From an uncultured Thermoplasmata archaeon (GTDB lineage: Archaea > Thermoplasmatota > Thermoplasmata > UBA10834), in contig CAVVJQ010000002.1 in the NCBI GenBank assembly GCA_963748615.1, positions 17,718 through 81,717 of the forward strand: 64,000 bases of DNA. The letters are read 5' to 3'. Shown in pieces: positions 38,901-46,179 of the stretch; within the stretch, counting starts at the first letter, position 1; each line of letters begins with the position of its first letter. The translations under genes and the position numbers were made by a program. The notes under the pieces are model-generated. The model worked only from the letters and a program-made list of their open reading frames with translations, had not been told where the DNA came from and ran no database searches.

Positions 38901-39283
38901 CAACCTTCGCGGGACTCCTCGCTCACGATGTATATGCCTGGCAACAGGTTCTCGAACGACCAGTAGCCGTTCGCATCCGTCGTGATGGTTATCGGACCGA
39001 TGTATGTGCAGCCGACGAATGACGACGGGAGCGGGAACGTCCCGTCATTGAGCCAGCCCTCGAGGGTTATCTCCCAGTTGGGTATCCCAGGCTCGTTGCC
39101 GTCCTTCGTGCCGTCCATGTCCCAGTCGAGGAACTTCCAGCCATCGATGCTACCATATTCGACATTGCCGAACTTGACACAGGTGACCTCGGAACCCTCG
39201 ATCAAGGTGACCTCCTTGCTGAGAGGCGTCACATTGTACCAACCGGGTTGGAGTATCTCCGTAATCGTGTACACGCCAGGCAT
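32810..39283 (-). CDS. giant adhesin, middle ORF: about 21 SdrD-B-like / Cna-B-type repeat units; no signal peptide of its own
   Basis: Repeats follow the pattern G(Y/W)K(F/Y)xDxNGNGxxDxGExxxxGWxIxL...TDxxGxYxFxxLxPGxYxVxE......FGN(F/V). The ORF begins in mid-domain (MPGVYTITEILQPGWYN). The last ~35 codons (AAFDQQVRHSQRNLQELHTWVPHPRRC) look out of frame. Confidence 0.8.
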   Translation of the reverse strand: MPGVYTITEILQPGWYNVTPLSKEVTLIEGSEVTCVKFGNVEYGSIDGWKFLDWDMDGTKDGNEPGIPNWEITLEGWLNDGTFPLPSSFVGCTYIGPITITTDANGYWSFENLLPGIYIVSEESREGWYHTTPDNVTLVVCSGSDIVDIKFGNVPYSCLWGYKVEDMNGNGIWDDGEVGIPGWTIVVEGVRNDGVHVYIELVTDEFGYWETCYNILPGTYLVYEMMPDGWMATTPYEIVFEPEMCMEPVEYKFLFLNFELGTISGYKYEDMNGNGILDEGDMPIAGWLITLSGPMSDTTMTDSDGYFEFTDLTYGTYVVSEESREGWVHMTTASYTVPISSGSDVSLDPFLNVELSRIWGYKFEDLNSNSIWDEGEPGIEGWTIYMVWDENPTTYSTTTSQGGYWEFSGLMPDEYYYIWEEARAGWTPTTQDWALLSIHSGDCREVPAFGNFHNVDITVFKYEDVNSNGVYDEGDVALAGWQIVVSGPGVPGGVVTLVTDGTGYASVEVTAAGLYTVEELMQVGWCNITPAIQYVDVLSGYVSQKVVMFGNFECVTITIFKYEDVDSNGVFDGDDVPLSGWTFYLRSLGGDYREVVTGPDGTVQVTFCKHDLWGLTEDLKDGWCMISPVDGYYTFWVYSGVALEEESMDEVYWFEFGNFQCVDIVVFKFWDKCSNGWYDPSFGDEPIEGWYFELYGPDGLLLDSGYTDQDGYIHWTVCAAGTYVVVEEDRDGWSHILPLSGYYEIEVLSGDRQMDVWFANYLDVDVPIFKYEDVNSNGVYDECDNPLEGWYFELVRDDGTVYSGYTDEYGMLVLTVNRSGMYTLVEEDRADWTAINPAIGMSLVSIESGTEVPLQMFGNFHDVTITVFKFEDMDGDGYYDEEDRPLADWEFLVTGPWAGSGTVIVTGPDGYASVVVDRAGMYTVDELVQAGWTPTTSTHAELSLMSGYVLKPIMFGNFEDVEITVFKYEDANSNGVYDAGDRPLAGWTIEAYSMDYGGYLTAVTGSDGYATMVMTQGGLWYISEYLQAGWCQITPGDGGYWYFASSGDTPDVFEFGNFRCVTIDVFKYEDANSNGVYDNGDTPLEGWYFELLTSSGALYDSGCTDSSGHVYFYVCHYDLWTVVEEDREGWTHISPASGAMTVETPSSSQPATLMFGNFQDVWIVVFKYHDRDSDGVYDQMYDLPIEGWVFTISGPGVTNAMVCTDSDGYGYFRVDRAGTYTVTEEDRAGWVHVNPLSGTLDTSVISGDKPVCLMFGNFEIVTVLVFKYDDILANGWYGPGEGDVPIEGWMFELYVLEDDEWVLVAVDYTDEFGYAGFQIDHAGFYMIKEEQRIGWTCITQTNGAMDFTVLGGQELQVIEFGNFKLGKIFGWKWNDLNGNGVWDEGEPALSGWTIWFQCVSPQYLTGWTVTNANGYYEFSGLPSGTYLVWEIGQSGWIPTSSDEVEVVIIGHTESRVDFFNFQLGCIDGYKYVDVNGNGILDEGDTPLAGWTIYLSITTGVIETPEGAMSAIMLLDMTLTDANGYYCFCGLGPGIYVVSEEAKTGWIATNDPSETVVMTSGASIRIHTFLNFELGSIYGYKFEDLNSNGIWDEGEPAIEGWTIYMVIDSIPGTHVTHTDAKGMFYFGGLAGNWYYIYEEARADWTPTTLDWAIVTVYSGDCIEIPAFGNFHNVDITLFKYEDVDGNGVYNAGDRPIEDWEFTVTGPCFDAPLVVYTDVDGKAYVVLTGAGEYLVVEEDREGWMHVTPEDGTMTLDVISGDMFRQLMFGNFKLGQVTGQKFYDWNMNGLKDGDEPGLANWVIWINGTLVKGGWLNFTRLTDSNGFYSVAGLPAGTYVVSERLEYAPSGWVPMTPASVVVDMLSGTAAGVSFGNAVFGVVEGYKFYDKNLDGWMDGDEPGLSGWTIVLEGYTDQGVYVYRTDVTDGTGKYVFDEVQPGVYDVYEILWPDWAPTTPMPVHISVAGAMVYFDIWVNIGNVRYATVFGWKFLDTYGDYYPYWPNGLFDDDEYGLGNWEITLQGWTTTGVYVDRVEYTDNYDNIGYYEFDELLPGTYWVNETLQYGFYATRPICTMSMIYPFPMGPVQIRIDFGNMLPTPDPEIKFVLDAGVNLWSSPLVIAGGLSASGLATAVGPDAAFDQQVRHSQRNLQELHTWVPHPRRC

Positions 39284-42200
39284 CAGGTTCTCGAACGCAT
39301 AGTAGCCGGTCTCGTCCGTGACTAGCGTACAACGGTCCTATGACGGTCCCGTTGGTCGCGACACCTTCGAGCACGATCGTCCAGCCGGGCAGGAGCGGTT
39401 CGTTGCCGTCCCTGTAGCCGTTCATGTACTCGTCCAGCCACTTGAAGCCCGTGATGCGGCCGTACTTCGCGTTGCCGAAGTTGACATCGGTCACTTCGAA
39501 CGGTGCGAGCGCGCTCACATCGACGATGACCGTGACCGGCACGGTCGCGAACCATCCGTCCTGAGTCTCCTCTGAAACGCTATATGCGCCGGGGATCAGG
39601 TCGATGAACTCATAGTAGCCGTTGGCGTCGGTCGTCGTGGTCAGATCGACATACATGCCGTTGACATCGTATCCGAACAGGTAGATGGTCCAGCCCTCGA
39701 TGCCGAGTTCGCCATCGTCCCAGATGCCATCGATGTCGACATCGTGCCACTTGTAACCGGATACCGATCCGATCGGCAAGTTGCCGAAGTCGCATGCGAA
39801 GGTCGTGCCGCTACCGACTGCGAATGGCGCAGACGATATGGGCAGGATGTTGATCCATCCCGAAAGCATGACCTCACTCACAGTGTACAATCCAGCATCG
39901 ATACTCTTGAACTCGTAATAGCCGAACGAGTCCGTGAGGCGGGTCTGGTATACGCTGTCGCCCGAGTCGGTCGTACCGCTCAGTACTATGAGCCAGATGT
40001 TCAGGCCGGGTTCGTAAGTGTCCATGTATAGGTTCTGGTTGATATCGACGAACTTATAGCCAGTCACTATGCCGTACTTGAACACAGACCACTCAGCCGA
40101 GTCATCGACCCAGATGTGCTGCTTGTCCTCGCCTTCAGCGACCACTATGTTGTCGAGCGTGCCCACACCTGCCGGGACGACATATGTGTAAGTGATGTGC
40201 TCCGTCGCGCCCACCGCGATCATCGCATATGTGCCGATGATGCCCATGAGCGAGTCGTCGACCGTCACGTTGTACAGGGGCGTGTCGCCCATGTTAGTGA
40301 CGTTCACATAATACGTTATAGTCTGACCGATGTCGGCCTTCTCAGGCCCTATCTTCGTGACCAGTATCTCAGGATGCAGTATGTCCACGGTCCACGAGTC
40401 CGTGTCCGTGACCATGTGCAGCTGGTGATCGAATCCTTCGACATACACAACGTTTGTGAACGGATCAGGCGTCGCCTCAGTCACCAGGTATGACACTTTC
40501 CAGCTGACCGAGAAACCGGGCATGACATCGAAGAACGACTCGGCCCAGCCCAGATCATAGTCATAGACTGTACCGTTCATCCAGACATCCGCTTCCTTGG
40601 GCACCGTCACGGTGATGGTGTAGATGATGGTCTCGCCCACATGAGCGCATGTCACATCGGCCGTCTTCGTGACCTCGATCATCGGGTGAACCACATCCAC
40701 GCTCCATGAAGCGCTTGCGGTGACTTCGTGCAGCTGGTGATCGTACGCCACGACTTCGACCGTGTTCTCGAACGGGTCGACGTCAGGCATAGCCAGCGCG
40801 TATGTGTAATACAATGTCTGCCCTGGCTTCAGGTTCGTGAAGTCCCAGGTCTGACCCAGCATATCGTCCGTGACGGAACCGTTGAGCCAAACATCCGCCC
40901 ATTCAGGGTTCGTCACAGTGATAGTGTATGTGACAACTTCGTCAACTGCAGCGCACTCCAGGTCCGCGGTCTTCGAAACAAAGACCTCAGGGTGCACGAC
41001 ATCGATCGACCATGAAGCCGATGCGGACACCTCGTGTCCCTGGTGGTCCGTCGCCTCCACATATGCGGTGTTGATGAACGGATCGACATCAGGCATAGCC
41101 ATCTCGACGACGTATCTGAGATATTCGCCGGGCTTGAGGTCGGAGAACTTCCAAGCCTCGCCCAGTGTCTGGTCGTAGACCGTCCCGTTGAGCCATACAT
41201 CGGCCCAATCAGGGTTCGTCACGATTATCGTGTATGTGACCACCTCTCCGACAGCAGCGCACTCCAGGTCCGCCGTCTTGGTGATCTGCACCTCGGGGTG
41301 AACCACATCTACGCTCCATGAAGCGCTTGCGGTGACCAGATGCAGCTGGTGATCGTACGCCACGACCTCGACCGTGTTCTCGAACGGGTCGATGTCAGGC
41401 ATGGCCAGCGTGTATGTGTAGTACAATGTCTGCCCTGGCTTCAGGTTCGTGAAGTCCCAGGTCTGGCCCAGCATATCGTCCGTGACGGAACCGTTCAGCC
41501 ATACATCGGCAGACTGCGGATTCGTCACATTGATCCAGTAGGTCACGACCTCATCGACAGCTGCGCACCGCTTGTCTGCCACCTTAGTCACATAGACATC
41601 AGGATGCACGACATCGATGCTCCACGAAGATGCAGCGCGCACCTCGTGGTCCTGCGGGTCCTTCGCGTAAACCGTCGCAGTGTTCGGGAGCGGATCTGGA
41701 TCGGACTCGCTGACCGTGTATGTCAGCAGAGGCATGTCGAGCACGATGGTTTCCAGCGAATCGAGGCTCCCGGTCCATATGATGCCGCCGAACATGTCAT
41801 CGGACACCTGGACGAATACCAACGGGGTGTCGTTGCTCGGGTTTGTCAGGGTTATGGTGTAAACGACTTCCTCACCGACCGCGGCGCATGACTTGTCCGC
41901 GGACTTGATGATCTCTATCGCCGGGTGGTAGATGTCGACGGTCCAGTTGTCCCATGCGAACACCTCATGACCCTGCGGATCCGAGGCATACACCAACACC
42001 TCGTTTATCAACGGGTCGGGATCGTTCTCGGTGACCGTGTGCTTGTATGAGCCCGTCCAACTGGTGCCACCGGTGATCCAACCCTCGTAGATGCAGCCGC
42101 CGAACATGTCGTCGTAGACCTCGACATACATCGGTGTGTCTGCATTCGGAGCGGTCACGGTTATCGTGTATGTGATTGTCTCGCCGATCATGGCACACGA

Positions 42201-44906
42201 CTTGTCAGCGGTCTTGTCCACTTCTATCGCCGGGTGGAATATATCGATCTCAACGGAGGCAGAGTCCTCGCGGACATGCCCCTGTGGGTCCTCGGCGACG
42301 ACAGTGGCGATGTTTATTAGGTGGTCCTTGTCCTCGACGGTAACCGTGTGGACGAGCACCATCACATGACTCGCATTCGCGACGAGCGTGCCGGTCCAGA
42401 TAACGCCACCGAACATCAAGTCTGTCACGACCGCGTCCATCGGTGTGTCCGTGCTTGGGTTGCTGACCGTGATCGTGTACTCGACATCTTCACCGATCAT
42501 GGCGCAGGTCATGTCCGAGACCTTGGTGATATCGATCATCGGGTGATAGATATCGATCGTCCACGAGGCACTGGCAGACACGAAGTGCTCCTGCACGTCC
42601 CACGCTTCGACATAGACCGTGTTGATCAACGGGTCGGGGTCGTCTGCCTGGACCTCGTACACAAAAGATCGGTTCCAGTAATCTCCCGACACGAGCTCCA
42701 GTGAAACAGATAGGTCGAGTATGCCATCGGTGACCATGACCCACATTGTCGTGTCCCAGCTCGGGTTGCTCACGTTGATCCAATAGGTCACGAGCTCGCC
42801 GACTTCTGCGCATACCTTGTCCGCGCCTTTGAGCACGCTTATCATCGGGTGATAAATCTCCACCGTGGCGCTCGCCTCGGCGCTCACTTCCAGGTTGATG
42901 ATATCCTCACCAGTGGCCGTGACCGTGTTGACAAGCGGGTCGGTGTGATCCGCTGTCACCATCAGGTCTTTCGGAGGTAGGTCGTACGTTTCGCCCCCGA
43001 GCAGTTCGCCTACGAGCCATGTGCCCAGCAGCGGGTCAGTGATCGTCACATTGTACAGGACCGTGTCATCAGACGGGTTGTACACTGATATCTCGTATGT
43101 GACGGTCTCACCGATCTTGGCACACTCTGGATCGACCACTTTGAACACCACGATCTCGGGGTGCAGGATATCGACGGACCAGCTGGCATCATCTGTCGCT
43201 GTTCTGCCGTATTCGTCCACACCTGTTACGGTGGCCGTGTTGGGCAACGGATCGTCGTCCGTGTCAAGGACTACATGAGTCGCATAGAGCGTCTCCGAGT
43301 CGCCTACTGTCAGCGTCAGGCCGGTCGCTACATCACCGATATCGGGGAGGGAGTCCGTGACGTCCACGCAGAACAGGTCGACTTCGCCCGTGTTCGTGAC
43401 TGTGTACTCGTAAGTCACAGTGTCGCCCACATGGGCGTACTCGGGTCCAGTCTTCTCGATCATGATCTCTGGCTCAGAGATGATGCAGAACATGCACCAC
43501 GCGACGACTATCGGGTAATAACCACCGTGATTGTCCTGGTAAGTCAGATTGGCCCAGTTGTAGTAACATCCAGGCTCGTTGGTGTTGACCGTCGCTGTGA
43601 AGCTCAAATGACCCTCGAGCACAGGGCCGCATCCATCGTATCCGGTTCCGGGCCAGTAGCCCAATGTCCAGTCCCATGTGTCACCAGAGACTGTCGGTGG
43701 GGTTGAGAGAGGCATTGGGGTGGTCTGGACAGATGTCCAGTAGCGGAAGGATGTAGGATCGATGTCCACGACATAGGGGAGGTCGTCGTGGAACACGAGG
43801 CAACCCGCGGCCGCCTGGCCGATGTTGCTCCATGTGATCTCGAACGTTATCTCGTCACCTTCGATGACGGTGCACGGGTCGCACTCCTTCTCCAGAGTCA
43901 TCTCTGGAGGCATCAGGACATCGCCCAGCATGATCGGCACGTCTCTGTGGCCCTCATTGGTTTCTGGGTCCGTCATGACCATGCGGACATGCAATGCGCT
44001 TCCAGGATAGTACGAGGCGCCGAGTCTGCCGGGAACTTCATCCGATACTGCCAGATGCGCGCCGAACCTGACGATCGCGACCTCATAACTCTCATTCAGG
44101 TCGATCGTGAAACCGTATACCCTGATCATCTGGTTCTCGCCTTCGTCCGAAGGCTCGTCTCGAATCCAGCCCTGCGAAGTTATGTAACCTTTCCATGATT
44201 CGGTCACTGAGAATGGCTCATCCGCAGCTGGTAGTGTGTTGTAAGGTGCCTCAGGCGGGTCAGACCAGTACTGTGTAAGGTAATCAATTCCATAAGTCGG
44301 GTTGACTGGCGAGTTCAGATCGACATAGTCGAACCCGATTTCGATCGTGATAGTGGATATGTCTCCAAGATGTCTGGAGCTCAGAACGACGCTCATCGGG
44401 ACGCTGTCGCCTTCGTTATATCCCTTGATGTCGCCCTTGGTCCATCTGTGGAATGGAGCTAGTGTGTAGCCTTCGAGGAATACTCCTGGGTCCCAGAACT
44501 GCGTCGTCGCGACGAGGTCACCGGTTATAAGCACCTGGGTTACCGTCACATTCACTGGCAGCTCATAATTCTCAACCCATTCGGCGAGATATCCATCGAA
44601 AACAAAACTCCCATCGATCTTCGGCGTTTCAGTAAAGGTTTGTATTCCAAGGTCAGGGTGTTCCAGTTCTATCTCCAAAGGAACCCACTTGACGAAACCA
44701 TCACCGAAGATGTAAACCGTCTCCCCGGGAGCGTACTCGTCACTATCGGTCCATACGACTGGATCGGATGTCGCGTTGGCCAAGATGGCCACGAACGACG
44801 TCGAAATCATGACGAGAACGACGATCACCGCTAGAATGCTCGCATACAGTCTCTTTGGCAAACTCCATTGATGCGCAGTGCTCACACTGCTACCGCTATT
44901 TACCAT
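39150..44906 (-). CDS. giant adhesin, N-terminal ORF: signal/TM, ~450-aa unassigned head domain, ~11-12 DUF11-type repeats, first three SdrD-B-like units
   Basis: N-terminal hydrophobic LYASILAVIVVLVMISTSFVAILANA. There are 102-aa repeats such as IYHPAIEIIKSADKSCAAVGEEVVYTITLTNPSNDTP...DPDPLPNTATV. The last ~50 codons (SHGRDRLLCVREPDAWRVHDYG...) are out-of-frame junk overlapping the next ORF. GGGGAGG lies ~8 nt upstream of the ATG. Confidence 0.8.
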   Translation of the reverse strand: MVNSGSSVSTAHQWSLPKRLYASILAVIVVLVMISTSFVAILANATSDPVVWTDSDEYAPGETVYIFGDGFVKWVPLEIELEHPDLGIQTFTETPKIDGSFVFDGYLAEWVENYELPVNVTVTQVLITGDLVATTQFWDPGVFLEGYTLAPFHRWTKGDIKGYNEGDSVPMSVVLSSRHLGDISTITIEIGFDYVDLNSPVNPTYGIDYLTQYWSDPPEAPYNTLPAADEPFSVTESWKGYITSQGWIRDEPSDEGENQMIRVYGFTIDLNESYEVAIVRFGAHLAVSDEVPGRLGASYYPGSALHVRMVMTDPETNEGHRDVPIMLGDVLMPPEMTLEKECDPCTVIEGDEITFEITWSNIGQAAAGCLVFHDDLPYVVDIDPTSFRYWTSVQTTPMPLSTPPTVSGDTWDWTLGYWPGTGYDGCGPVLEGHLSFTATVNTNEPGCYYNWANLTYQDNHGGYYPIVVAWCMFCIISEPEIMIEKTGPEYAHVGDTVTYEYTVTNTGEVDLFCVDVTDSLPDIGDVATGLTLTVGDSETLYATHVVLDTDDDPLPNTATVTGVDEYGRTATDDASWSVDILHPEIVVFKVVDPECAKIGETVTYEISVYNPSDDTVLYNVTITDPLLGTWLVGELLGGETYDLPPKDLMVTADHTDPLVNTVTATGEDIINLEVSAEASATVEIYHPMISVLKGADKVCAEVGELVTYWINVSNPSWDTTMWVMVTDGILDLSVSLELVSGDYWNRSFVYEVQADDPDPLINTVYVEAWDVQEHFVSASASWTIDIYHPMIDITKVSDMTCAMIGEDVEYTITVSNPSTDTPMDAVVTDLMFGGVIWTGTLVANASHVMVLVHTVTVEDKDHLINIATVVAEDPQGHVREDSASVEIDIFHPAIEVDKTADKSCAMIGETITYTITVTAPNADTPMYVEVYDDMFGGCIYEGWITGGTSWTGSYKHTVTENDPDPLINEVLVYASDPQGHEVFAWDNWTVDIYHPAIEIIKSADKSCAAVGEEVVYTITLTNPSNDTPLVFVQVSDDMFGGIIWTGSLDSLETIVLDMPLLTYTVSESDPDPLPNTATVYAKDPQDHEVRAASSWSIDVVHPDVYVTKVADKRCAAVDEVVTYWINVTNPQSADVWLNGSVTDDMLGQTWDFTNLKPGQTLYYTYTLAMPDIDPFENTVEVVAYDHQLHLVTASASWSVDVVHPEVQITKTADLECAAVGEVVTYTIIVTNPDWADVWLNGTVYDQTLGEAWKFSDLKPGEYLRYVVEMAMPDVDPFINTAYVEATDHQGHEVSASASWSIDVVHPEVFVSKTADLECAAVDEVVTYTITVTNPEWADVWLNGSVTDDMLGQTWDFTNLKPGQTLYYTYALAMPDVDPFENTVEVVAYDHQLHEVTASASWSVDVVHPMIEVTKTADVTCAHVGETIIYTITVTVPKEADVWMNGTVYDYDLGWAESFFDVMPGFSVSWKVSYLVTEATPDPFTNVVYVEGFDHQLHMVTDTDSWTVDILHPEILVTKIGPEKADIGQTITYYVNVTNMGDTPLYNVTVDDSLMGIIGTYAMIAVGATEHITYTYVVPAGVGTLDNIVVAEGEDKQHIWVDDSAEWSVFKYGIVTGYKFVDINQNLYMDTYEPGLNIWLIVLSGTTDSGDSVYQTRLTDSFGYYEFKSIDAGLYTVSEVMLSGWINILPISSAPFAVGSGTTFACDFGNLPIGSVSGYKWHDVDIDGIWDDGELGIEGWTIYLFGYDVNGMYVDLTTTTDANGYYEFIDLIPGAYSVSEETQDGWFATVPVTVIVDVSALAPFEVTDVNFGNAKYGRITGFKWLDEYMNGYRDGNEPLLPGWTIVLEGVATNGTVIGPLYASHGRDRLLCVREPDAWRVHDYGDTPTRLVQCDASQQGGHLDRGFRGHLCQVRQCRIW
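40685..41512. repeat. near-identical internal tandem duplication in the DUF11 array (period about 612 nt, i.e. two 102-aa units)
   Basis: ~40685-40900 and ~41296-41512 align with only scattered mismatches by eye (ggtgaaccacatc.acgctccatgaagcgcttgcggtgac...gtgaagtcccaggtctg.cccagcatatcgtccgtgacggaaccgtt). Protein units 7 and 9 differ at only a few residues. Confidence 0.75.
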
Positions 44907-45198
44907 ATTCTTGGCCTCCCCTCATCTCCACGCCGAGACGCGAACTTTTCCCCCCCTTCGAGGAACCACCCGCGTTGGTCAAAGCATGGAGCCGAGCCGA
45001 CGTATCTTGCTCAATGATATTAACCTTGCCGCTGAAATGTACTATACTGACTGCATCGTCCGGGAACACGGAATCAGCCCACCTTATGATTGGAAATTCC
45101 ACAGCTTTGTACATTGCCAATAGATCGGTCATGGACGCTCCGAACCGATTCAAAACGAGCAACTTCGAAGGTACAATCGATCTGTAATACTCACCCAT
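44896..45198 (-). CDS. hypothetical small protein immediately upstream of, and overlapping, the adhesin start
   Basis: 100-aa ORF (MGEYYRSIVPSKLLVLNRFGASMTDLLAMYKAVEFPIIRW...) of ordinary composition, ending 11 nt inside the adhesin ORF. No motif recognised. It could be spurious. Confidence 0.3.
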   Translation of the reverse strand: MGEYYRSIVPSKLLVLNRFGASMTDLLAMYKAVEFPIIRWADSVFPDDAVSIVHFSGKVNIIEQDTSARLHALTNAGGSSKGGKSSRLGVEMRGGQEYGK

Positions 45199-45210
45199 CC
45201 CTCACCTTCG

Positions 45211-45222
45211 GGATATATACAA
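45211..45222. promoter_or_regulatory. TATA-like box in the divergent region between the adhesin locus and module 2
   Basis: ggatatatacaa. It lies ~50-60 nt upstream of the proposed module 2 start and ~15-25 nt from the minus-strand small ORF start. Orientation is ambiguous. Confidence 0.35.
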
Positions 45223-45272
45223 ATTCCTGTTCGACGTTGACCATAATCCGAGGGAGCCTGCTGAAGGTAAAG

Positions 45273-46121
45273 TTGAGAGGAAGGGATATCGAGATAGCAG
45301 GGGCTAGCCTGGTAGGGGTCGCTCTTGCCTTGGTCGGTGTCTTCCTACTTATCTTGATGTTTCAAAACCAATCGCAGATAGATGAGATCGGTGAGACGAC
45401 CGACCCGCTCCTGCTGGAGGAGCTGGCAGATCTCCGAGACTCGAGGGACGTGTACATGGTCTCAGCGATCGGGTTCTTGTTCCTGGGCCTTTTCGGAGTG
45501 TTCATACTGTCAGAGAGGAGCGTCCCGACCAAACTCTCTGAGTCGCAGATGCATGGGGCCGCCAGGATGGCGCATGACTTCATCGCAGGTCTTTCGCTCG
45601 GCGGAAACGCATCCTACCTACCAGCCAGGAACGGCCTGACCAAGGAGCGGTTGTTCATTTCAGCGACTAAGGGAGAGAGCGTGCCCCCAGCTGCTGTCTC
45701 GGACGACCTTACAGTGTCTCCAGGAAGTGATGGTTCGACTCCGGGCATGATCGTGGAGCCGTTGGGTCTTGAAATGTTGAACAACATCCAATCGGAGAGC
45801 GGCGTGACCTTCGAAGGCATAGGACTCGAGGCTACGGAAGGTGCGTTGCAGGTGCTCAGATACGATCATGGTATCATCAAGGATTTCCACTTCAAGGAGA
45901 GAGAGGGAAAGACCATCCTACGCGTGGAGTACAAGGAGCTGCTCGAGACTTGCAGGAGAGTGAGGAAGGAGATGCCTGACACCTGCAGGCAGATGGCCTG
46001 CGCAGGCTGCGCGTGCATCCTCACGGCCGCAGCGAGGGCCACGGGCAAAGTGGTCGCGGTCGAGGAAGTCGATGTCGACAAGGACATGGTCGTCTTCACA
46101 CTGAACCTCAAGGACTGGTGA
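45273..46121 (+). CDS. module 2 gene 1: paralogue of 17735..18589 (TM anchor plus C-terminal 4/5-Cys motif)
   Basis: TM LVGVALALVGVFLLILMF. The C-terminus is CRRVRKEMPDTCRQMACAGCACILTAAARATGKV...LNLKDW. The ORF track starts at 45090, but alignment to the paralogue and the TATA position favour the TTG at 45273. The start is uncertain. Confidence 0.55.
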   Translation: MRGRDIEIAGASLVGVALALVGVFLLILMFQNQSQIDEIGETTDPLLLEELADLRDSRDVYMVSAIGFLFLGLFGVFILSERSVPTKLSESQMHGAARMAHDFIAGLSLGGNASYLPARNGLTKERLFISATKGESVPPAAVSDDLTVSPGSDGSTPGMIVEPLGLEMLNNIQSESGVTFEGIGLEATEGALQVLRYDHGIIKDFHFKEREGKTILRVEYKELLETCRRVRKEMPDTCRQMACAGCACILTAAARATGKVVAVEEVDVDKDMVVFTLNLKDW

Positions 46122-46179
46122 CCGGCTGGATGCCGCCAAGGCGTCATGTTTAATACCGCAATCGGAGGTTCGCTAAAAG

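Noticed and set aside
32902-39340. The in-frame TAG codons at 32904..32902 and 39340..39338 read as pyrrolysine or read-through sites joining the adhesin ORFs
   Set aside because: Upstream of each TAG, that frame translates to non-repeat junk (for example ...RSCSKVSRPTGPS). The SdrD-like repeat is clearly in the other frame. The ORFs are therefore joined by a frame change, not by stop-codon recoding.
33000-44000. Periodic ~300-nt repeats as a possible CRISPR array or satellite
   Set aside because: The period equals protein-domain length (102-aa DUF11 units, ~100-aa SdrD-B-like units). The repeats are divergent and continuously coding, with no short identical repeats separated by unique spacers.
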